Shown in pieces: positions 8,629 through 14,575 of a stretch of 16,554 nucleotides of DNA. The notes below the pieces were generated by a model. It had not been told where the DNA came from and ran no database searches. It saw nothing but the letters and a program-made list of their open reading frames with translations. How positions within the stretch are numbered: position 1 is the first letter of the stretch; each line of letters opens with the position of its first letter. The stretch is from Acaryochloridaceae cyanobacterium SU_2_1 (lineage in GTDB: Bacteria > Cyanobacteriota > Cyanobacteriia > Thermosynechococcales > Thermosynechococcaceae): NCBI GenBank assembly GCA_012030735.1, contig JAAUUW010000065.1:1-16554 (forward strand), read 5' to 3'. The translations under genes and the position numbers were made by a program.

Positions 8629-8997
8629 CTAACCAATCCAAGGAATCGTTCCTTGGCCCTTGGGTCGCTTTTGGCCAGAGGATCCGGATTGACTAGATTG
8701 ACTCGGTGCAGAGCGATTTCGATGGGTCAGGCAGTCGCTCATTTCTTCCTTGGAGAGTTGGAGGCTGCTGCGCTCCGGCAAAATAACTTTTTGAAAAAGA
8801 TATTCAATGGTTTGCTCCTTCACCCAGCCTCGTGCCACCACAATCTCACCAAAGGGCATAGCTGTGAGATTTTGATCGGCAAGGGCAACTCCTACCTGTG
8901 CTTCTGTTATCAAACCCGCCTCCACCAGATATGTCCCGAGGGGTCTGTGGGTATAGAGCAGTTTTCGGTTTGAATGTGGCATTGCCATTGATTCCAA
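8629..8997 (-). CDS. Small protein with an MshEN/T2SSE_N-like domain and a Ser/Gln-rich tail
   Basis: Two helix-pair motifs, LGTYLVEAGLITEAQVGVALADQ and FGEIVVARGWVKEQTIEYLF, match the pattern LGxxL(V)xxGxIxxxQ(L)xxAL typical of GspE/MshE N-terminal domains. The start codon is uncertain because there are several in-frame ATGs. Confidence 0.5.
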   Translation of the reverse strand: MESMAMPHSNRKLLYTHRPLGTYLVEAGLITEAQVGVALADQNLTAMPFGEIVVARGWVKEQTIEYLFQKVILPERSSLQLSKEEMSDCLTHRNRSAPSQSSQSGSSGQKRPKGQGTIPWIG

Positions 8998-9208
8998 TCC
9001 TCACCAGAAAGGGGAGATCCGGCATTAGCCAGATCTGAATCAGGGTGGCTATCAGGCTCTGAGTAGAGCTAAAAATAACAATGCTGATCGCCCAATAACT
9101 TAGAAAAAATATAACATAGGGCGCTCTTAGTCAGCTCAGCGCCATAACAAGGCTAGATTTGCCCTGTCTCCTTAGATTTGATCACACTAATTTGATCAGA
9201 TTAAACTC

Positions 9209-9424
9209 TTAAGCCTTTGGTTTTAGGAAGACGATGGCTTGCTTCCAGACAATGGTGGGTTGATCATAATGGTCGAGTAAACATAAGCAGGAGGTATCCT
9301 GCCAACGGATTTTTCCAATGAGTAAATCATTGGTGAGCAGCTTAATCTCAACTTCGGATTCCTCTTGAATCAGATTTTGTAGCTGCCGCACGCTGGGAAG
9401 ATTGACATCCAGTTCAATGGCCAT
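9209..9424 (-). CDS. hfq: Cyanobacterial-type Hfq (Sm-like RNA chaperone homologue), 71 aa
   Basis: MAIELDVNLPSVRQLQNLIQEESEVEIKLLTNDLLIGKIRWQDTSCLCLLDHYDQPTIVWKQAIVFLKPKA follows the cyanobacterial Hfq pattern remembered from Synechocystis and Anabaena Hfq (LPS[VI]RQ[LV]Q.LI...VEIKL.T.D...G...WQD...C....D.....T.[IV]WKQAI..L.PK). Confidence 0.85.
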   Translation of the reverse strand: MAIELDVNLPSVRQLQNLIQEESEVEIKLLTNDLLIGKIRWQDTSCLCLLDHYDQPTIVWKQAIVFLKPKA

Positions 9425-9586
9425 AGGAATTAGGGGGGTGGGTGGACAAGTTAACGTTGCACAGGTGATCGCAGGCCCTCAACAGAGACTGATGCTGCCA
9501 TGATAATGGCAATATCCTCAAATATCATTCCCGCTTGCTCAGAGTACTATAAGGGAAGGTCTATTTTTGTAACACAAGGATTGCTG

Positions 9587-10435
9587 ATGCGGGTTGAGTT
9601 TACTAAGTATCAAGGGCTCGGTAATGATTTTGTCCTAGTGGATAATCGACACCAGTCTCAACCCTGTTTAACTCCGGCCCAAGCTGTGCAGATTTGCGAT
9701 CGCAACTTTGGCGTCGGTGCCGACGGTGTAATCTTTGCCTTGCCATCAGTCAAGAATACCGACTATCGCCTCCGCATTTACAATTCCGATGGTTCAGAAC
9801 CAGAAATGTGTGGCAATGGCATTCGTTGTTTAGCCCGCTTTCTGGCCCAACTCGAAGGTCAGCCCGCCACAGCGACTGTCACCTACCGCATTGATACCCT
9901 CGCTGGCGTGATCACACCCAGACTACAAGCCAATGGCCAAGTGGAAGTAGAGATGAGCCCTCCCTATTTAGCTGCCGATCAAATTCCCACCACCTTAGCC
10001 AGTGGCCAACCCCAGGTGATCAATCAACCCTTAGCGGTAGCAGGGCAGACCTGGTCTGTGACCTGCCTTAGCATGGGAAATCCTCATTGTGTGATCTTTG
10101 TTGAAGATTTAGAAGCGATAGATCTGACTATCTTAGGGCCTCAGTTCGAGCATCATCCTCAATTTCCCCAACGCATCAATACCGAGTTCATCCAAGTCCT
10201 CCGTCCGGACTATCTGAAGATGAGAGTCTGGGAGCGCGGGGCGGGCTTAACGCTGGCCTGTGGAACCGGCGCTTGTGCCGCCTTAGTTGCAGGTGTGTTA
10301 ACGGGGCATTGCCAAGGGGAAGCGACCATTGAGTTGCCGGGTGGGCCTCTGTTGATTCGGTGGATGGGGCAGGGGCATCCTGTTTATATGACCGGACCTG
10401 CTGAGCAGGTGTTTACCGGAGTTTTAGATCTTTGA
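9587..10435 (+). CDS. dapF: Diaminopimelate epimerase
   Basis: MRVEFTKYQGLGNDFVLVDNR is a canonical DapF N-terminus. Active-site Cys contexts are EMCGNGIRC and LACGTGACA. ATG 9587 is preferred over the track start at 9500, whose 29-aa extension lacks DapF-like sequence. Confidence 0.95.
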   Translation: MRVEFTKYQGLGNDFVLVDNRHQSQPCLTPAQAVQICDRNFGVGADGVIFALPSVKNTDYRLRIYNSDGSEPEMCGNGIRCLARFLAQLEGQPATATVTYRIDTLAGVITPRLQANGQVEVEMSPPYLAADQIPTTLASGQPQVINQPLAVAGQTWSVTCLSMGNPHCVIFVEDLEAIDLTILGPQFEHHPQFPQRINTEFIQVLRPDYLKMRVWERGAGLTLACGTGACAALVAGVLTGHCQGEATIELPGGPLLIRWMGQGHPVYMTGPAEQVFTGVLDL

Positions 10436-10533
10436 CCCGTTTTCGCCTGAGGGTTCTGGTATAAGGCATTTGGGTTCATTGAATCTATATCTATCCTCTG
10501 AGCAACAGACCAGGGAGAATCCTTGGATGAAAC

Positions 10534-10547
10534 AACCATTAATGGTT
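10534..10547. repeat. Perfect 14-bp palindrome AACCATTAATGGTT upstream of the amidohydrolase gene
   Basis: Read directly from the sequence. It lies about 60 nt upstream of ATG 10608, in the 172-nt dapF/amidohydrolase intergenic region. Its function is unknown. Confidence 0.5.
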
Positions 10548-10607
10548 CTGCCCTAGCCACCGAATCTTCGATACAGTAGAGTCAGATGTCTTGTTTCCCT
10601 AACCTCC

Positions 10608-11864
10608 ATGGTTTCTTCTGCAATTGCTAGTTCTAGCTTCGGATCGGCTGGATCGATGCCCGTTCGGCCCCAAATTCAAGACTTGCAGGCCGAGGTGATT
10701 GCTTGGCGACGCCATCTGCATCAATATCCTGAGCTGGGGTATAAAGAAGAACAAACCGCTGACTTTATCCAACAGAAGTTAAGTCAATGGGGAATTGAGC
10801 ATCAAGCAGGTATTGCCCAGACAGGGATAGTAGCGACCATCCCCGGCCAGGAACCCGGCCCTGTCTTGGCCATTCGAGCAGATATGGATGCCTTGCCCAT
10901 TCAAGAGGAAAATGAAGTTCCCTATCGATCTCGCCATGATGGGGTGATGCATGCCTGTGGCCATGACGGACATACGGCCATCGCCCTGGGGACGGCCTAT
11001 TATCTTGCCCAGCATCGTGCTGACTTTGCGGGGACAGTCAAACTCATTTTTCAGCCCGCCGAAGAATCGCCAGGGGGGGCTAAACCAATGATTGAGGCTG
11101 GGGTGCTTCGCAACCCAACCGTCGATGCCATGGTGGGTCTTCATTTATGGAATAACCTGCCCTTGGGGACAGTAGGGCTGCGGGAAGGTCCCCTAATGGC
11201 AGCGGTAGATTTGTTTGAATGCTCGATTCAGGGCAAGGGAGGCCACGGGGCCATGCCTCACCAAACCATTGATGCAGTGGTGGTTAGTGCTCAAATTGTC
11301 AATGCATTGCAAAGTATTGTCGCCCGTGGTCTTGATCCCTTAGATGCCGCTGTGCTTACGGTGGGCCAGTTACATACAGGCAGCGCTTCGAATGTGATTG
11401 CTGACCGGGCCTGGATGAGTGGCACGGTTCGCTACTTCAACCCTGATTTAGCCATGGAGACGGCGGGCTTACCCTCTGTGATCGCAGCCCAAATGGACCA
11501 GATCATCACTGGGGTTTGCCAAAGCTGGGGGGCGACGGCCCAACTCAAATATTGGCATCTCTATCCTGCCGTGATCAATGATCCGAGGGTAACGGACATG
11601 GTGCGGTCGATTGCCACCTCCCTGGTGGAAACGCCCCTGGGCTTGGTCCCCAACTGCCAAACCATGGGCGGTGAGGACATGTCATTTTTCTTGCAAGAGG
11701 TGCCTGGATGCTATTTCTTTTTAGGATCTGCTAATCCTAGCCAGGGCTTAGATTTCCCTCACCATCATCCTCAGTTTAATTTTGACGAATCGGCACTGGC
11801 CCTAGGCATTGAAATTTTTGTGCGCTGTGCAGAAACCTTTAACCTCGAGGTTGTGGGCCGCTAA
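10608..11864 (+). CDS. M20D family amidohydrolase (N-acyl-L-amino acid amidohydrolase / hippuricase-like)
   Basis: Motifs RRHLHQYPELGYKE, LAIRADMDALPI, HACGHDGHTA, FQPAEE and GGEDMSFF are typical of M20D peptidases. Confidence 0.9.
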   Translation: MVSSAIASSSFGSAGSMPVRPQIQDLQAEVIAWRRHLHQYPELGYKEEQTADFIQQKLSQWGIEHQAGIAQTGIVATIPGQEPGPVLAIRADMDALPIQEENEVPYRSRHDGVMHACGHDGHTAIALGTAYYLAQHRADFAGTVKLIFQPAEESPGGAKPMIEAGVLRNPTVDAMVGLHLWNNLPLGTVGLREGPLMAAVDLFECSIQGKGGHGAMPHQTIDAVVVSAQIVNALQSIVARGLDPLDAAVLTVGQLHTGSASNVIADRAWMSGTVRYFNPDLAMETAGLPSVIAAQMDQIITGVCQSWGATAQLKYWHLYPAVINDPRVTDMVRSIATSLVETPLGLVPNCQTMGGEDMSFFLQEVPGCYFFLGSANPSQGLDFPHHHPQFNFDESALALGIEIFVRCAETFNLEVVGR

Positions 11865-11865
11865 A

Positions 11866-11909
11866 AGCTAAGGATTATGGCCTTAGACGCTCGCGTTTGA
11901 TCCTTAGCT
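11866..11909. repeat. Perfect 10-bp inverted repeat (potential stem-loop) starting 2 nt after the amidohydrolase stop codon
   Basis: AGCTAAGGAT (11866-11875) is the exact reverse complement of ATCCTTAGCT (11900-11909), with a 24-nt loop. No U-tract follows, so a terminator function is not established. Confidence 0.5.
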
Positions 11910-12069
11910 CCGTAAAATAGGCTAGTATCAGCCTCATAAACCGCTCAAGAGCCATTTTGAAGTCTTGATGTTATATTAAGTCCGAAACTCTTGTTTTTAT
12001 TTTTGTAGATAATTTTATAGATCTGAACATTCACTCCGTAATCCATCTAAGTTTTAGGAGATTTTAACC

Positions 12070-12360
12070 TTGACAACCGCAACCCTGTCCAAAGAGACCC
12101 TCATTGTTGCCACCTCTGAGCAAGTCTCCTCCGACCTCGCCGGTGAATCCGTGATTCTGAATCTAAAAACCGGCATGTATTTTGGCTTGAATGAGGTGGG
12201 GGCAAGCATTTGGAATTTGCTGAAAGAGCCTCGATTGGTGAGTGATATCCTGGCCTTGATCCAGCAAGATTATGAAGTTCAGGCCAGTCAATGTGAGCAA
12301 GATGTTCTGGCCTTGCTCCAGGAGTTAATGGCTTCGGAATTGATCGAGATCAAAAATTGA
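12070..12360 (+). CDS. PqqD-family RiPP recognition element; lasso peptide biosynthesis protein B1
   Basis: ESVILNLKTGMYFGLNEVGASIWNLL...DILALIQQDYEV...CEQDVLALLQELMASELIE is the PqqD/RRE pattern (beta strands followed by a winged helix). The start is TTG at 12070 with aggag at 12056-12060. An in-frame stop lies at 12055-12057, and the first in-frame ATG would remove the beta-strand region. Confidence 0.85.
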   Translation: MTTATLSKETLIVATSEQVSSDLAGESVILNLKTGMYFGLNEVGASIWNLLKEPRLVSDILALIQQDYEVQASQCEQDVLALLQELMASELIEIKN

Positions 12361-12364
12361 GTTA

Positions 12365-12829
12365 ATGATGAAGCCATTGCTTAAGTTTATAGGGCTATCG
12401 CAGCGAGAACGTCACTTTTTGCTCAAAACCTATCTGCTATTAGGGCTGATTCGCCTTGGTTTATGGCTGTTGCCCTTTCAAACTTTGCAAGCATGGTTGG
12501 CTAAATTACAGCATAAACCGGGCCTCTATCAAGCCCCCAAACTCACCAAAATCAGTTCTCGATCTGTGGGTAAAGCCATTTGGGCGGTCAATGTCAGTAG
12601 TCGCTATATGCCAGGGAAAGTTAAATGTTTGGCTCGCGCCTTAGCCACTCAAGTCTTAATCTGCCGCCAAGGCTATCAGCCAGAGCTGAAAATTGGTGTG
12701 GCTAAGGCCGCAGATCATTCCTTAGAGGCCCATGCATGGATTGAGCTGCAAGGACAGGTGATTATGGGTTTAGTCCATGATTTATCCCGCTTTACACCTA
12801 TGCCCTCTCTAGACTCAAAATCACGCTAA
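12365..12829 (+). CDS. Lasso peptide biosynthesis B2 protein (transglutaminase-like cysteine protease that removes the leader)
   Basis: GKVKCLARALATQVLICRQGYQPELKIGVAKAADHSLEAHAWIELQGQVIMG is the hallmark B2 core, with Cys88, His123 and a possible Asp139. The gene starts 4 nt after the B1 stop. Confidence 0.9.
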   Translation: MMKPLLKFIGLSQRERHFLLKTYLLLGLIRLGLWLLPFQTLQAWLAKLQHKPGLYQAPKLTKISSRSVGKAIWAVNVSSRYMPGKVKCLARALATQVLICRQGYQPELKIGVAKAADHSLEAHAWIELQGQVIMGLVHDLSRFTPMPSLDSKSR

Positions 12830-12921
12830 TCTTGCCTAGTCGAGGCCTGATCCTTACAATCACCCCATAGAGAACCAAATTCATTCCACCATTGCTGACC
12901 TTAATTTTTGCTTAGACAACA

Positions 12922-13530
12922 ATGCCTAATGCTGACTTTTTTGGACGGTTAGGGCTTTTTGTCCGTCGTGATTTCCTTGATCCTGATTTTTGTAGACAGT
13001 ATCTCTTAGAGGCCCAAACTTGTCATTGTGCTTTGGCCCAACTGAGGCGCAATGGTGGTGTGATCACTGATGAAAGCCATCGCCGTACCCAGCAATTGCG
13101 AGTGTCCACCAGTACCTTTCAAGAGATTAAACAACGATTATTGACGACGATGCCTGAGGTGGCTAGACATTTCCAACTCACCCTTGCAGAACTGGAGTCA
13201 CCTTCTTTTTATCGGTATCAGGAGGGTGATTTCTTTGGTATTCATAAGGATGTGATTGAGCCAGATTTACCGGGTTCTAGATTTGAGAAAAATCGCAAGG
13301 TTTCCTTAATTCTGTTCTTGAATAGTTTTGCTGAAGCACCCAGCCAAAATAGCTTTTCCGAGGGCACTCTAACCCTCTATGGTCTGCTGAAGGATCCGCG
13401 ATCGCAAAACTTTGGCTTTCCTCTCGAACCCGAGCAAGGGGTACTCATTGGCTTCCCTGCCGAGGTTTGGCATGAAGTCAAGCCCGTCACCCGTGGTGAA
13501 CGCTTCACCATTGTCAGTTGGTTTATTTAG
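12922..13530 (+). CDS. 2-oxoglutarate/Fe(II)-dependent oxygenase (prolyl-4-hydroxylase-like fold); candidate lasso tailoring hydroxylase
   Basis: HxD facial-triad motif FFGIHKDV (His108/Asp110, nt 13243-13251). The distal His is in EVWHEVKPV and the 2OG-binding Arg in GERFTIVSWF. Confidence 0.85.
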   Translation: MPNADFFGRLGLFVRRDFLDPDFCRQYLLEAQTCHCALAQLRRNGGVITDESHRRTQQLRVSTSTFQEIKQRLLTTMPEVARHFQLTLAELESPSFYRYQEGDFFGIHKDVIEPDLPGSRFEKNRKVSLILFLNSFAEAPSQNSFSEGTLTLYGLLKDPRSQNFGFPLEPEQGVLIGFPAEVWHEVKPVTRGERFTIVSWFI

Positions 13531-13600
13531 GGGCGAACCCTGTCGCTTTTAAAATTTGCTCTGTCAGTTTGAACCTACCTGCAGGTACCCTTAAATCCTT

Positions 13601-14546
13601 ATGTCACATTGCTATTCAGCCTACGGGCTGATGATTGACTCAGAGATTCAGTTGCCAGAACTGATCCTCCATGGGGGATCAGTTCTGGGATCAACCCCAG
13701 GATCAACCTCAACCTCAGAGGCTGATCTCTGTCTTCGTTTAGGTCAGATTGATCCCAACCCCTTAGCCGACAGCGATGCACCTCATCGCTACAAAAATAC
13801 CGATCAAGGCATGTATCTCTATTGGCAAGGGGTGGGCTATTTCTGGATACAATCGGGTCGCAGAATACTGATCGATTTAGAGGTAGATCTAGACGAAGAC
13901 CGTCTACGTCTATTTATATTGGGGAGCAGTGATGGGTGTCGTATTGCATCAACGGGGCTTTTTGGTGATGCATGCCAGCGCCGTGGCGATGCAAGGAGCG
14001 GCGGTGATCTTTATGGGAGATAAACGCTGGGGAAAGTCCACTATGGCTGCGGCCTTACATGCCAACGGACATAGCTTGATTGCCGATGATGTGGTGGCCT
14101 TAGAGATCAGCCCCTCACAACCGATTAAAGTCCGGCCCGCCTTTCCCCAAATCAAATTATGGCCCGATGCCGTCGCCTCTTTGGGCCAAGATCCTGATCA
14201 AATCCCGCGGTTAGCTGCCCCCTTCGAAAAACGCGACCATCGGTTATCCGCAGGTTTTACGATGGATATTCTGCCCCTCCAGCAAATCTATGTTTTGGGA
14301 CAGGGAGAACAGATCGAAATCACTCCCCTCTCCGCCCAGGAGATGCTTCAACATTTGTTCCGCAATTCTTATATCACCCGCTTTGGTGAAACATTGTTGC
14401 AGCCCAACAGTGCAGCACATTTCCAGCAATTGACAACCCTGGCTCAGCAAGTTCCCCCTCAGCGGTTGCTACGACCAGCAAACTTAGACCTACTGCCTAC
14501 CGTTGTTACACTGGTCGAGACCCATGCCAGTGGTCATCCCTCTTAA
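13601..14546 (+). pseudogene. HPr kinase-like (HprK-related) kinase of the kind found in lasso clusters, split by one frameshift near 13921-13928
   Basis: The N-terminal part is in frame 2 (MSHCYSAYGLMIDSEIQLPEL...DLCLRLG...RLRLFILG). The C-terminal part is in frame 3 (VMGVVLHQRGFLVMHASAVAMQGAAVIFMGDKRWGKSTMAAAL), with a P-loop-like GDKRWGKST at 14016-14042. Deleting one G from the GGGG run at 13921-13924 gives the continuous sequence RLFILGAVMGVVLHQRGFLVMHASAV and a 314-aa product. Confidence 0.8.
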
Positions 14547-14575
14547 TCCATTGTCGTTATGGTGCGTCTGTTTGT

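Noticed and set aside
7653-8973. ORFs 7653-7964 (plus) and 8653-8973 (plus), antisense to the M23 peptidase and the MshEN-like gene
   Set aside because: These are shadow ORFs opposite better-supported genes, with no motifs.
9104-9143. Hairpin GGCGCT-N12-AGCGCC (9120-9143) downstream of hfq, considered as an intrinsic terminator
   Set aside because: The stem is only 6 bp and the loop is 12 nt. On the transcribed minus strand the U-run (9104-9109) starts about 10 nt after the stem, so this is not canonical terminator geometry.
9500-9586. N-terminal extension of dapF (MIMAISSNIIPACSEYYKG...)
   Set aside because: DapF proteins begin at M(R/K)xxFxKxxGxGNDF. ATG 9587 gives exactly this, and aagga lies a few nt upstream.
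10779-11660. ORFs 10779-11144 and 11469-11660 (minus) inside the amidohydrolase gene
   Set aside because: They are antisense to a gene with multiple M20D motifs, and their composition is typical of shadow frames.
11875-12046. Small minus-strand ORFs in the spacer upstream of B1 (26 aa, MALERFMRLILAYFTELRIKRERLRP, 11875-11955; 33 aa, MDYGVNVQIYKIIYKNKNKSFGLNITSRLQNGS, 11945-12046), considered as lasso precursors
   Set aside because: Neither has a Thr(-2)/Gly1 junction followed by Asp/Glu at core position 7-9. The 33-aa ORF has no acidic residue after position 2. Neither has a Shine-Dalgarno sequence, and the 26-aa ORF runs through the hairpin.
13533-13550. Weak stem-loop GCGA-N6-TCGC followed by TTTT, just after the oxygenase stop codon
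   Set aside because: With only 4 Watson-Crick base pairs it is too weak to call a terminator or attenuator without experimental data.
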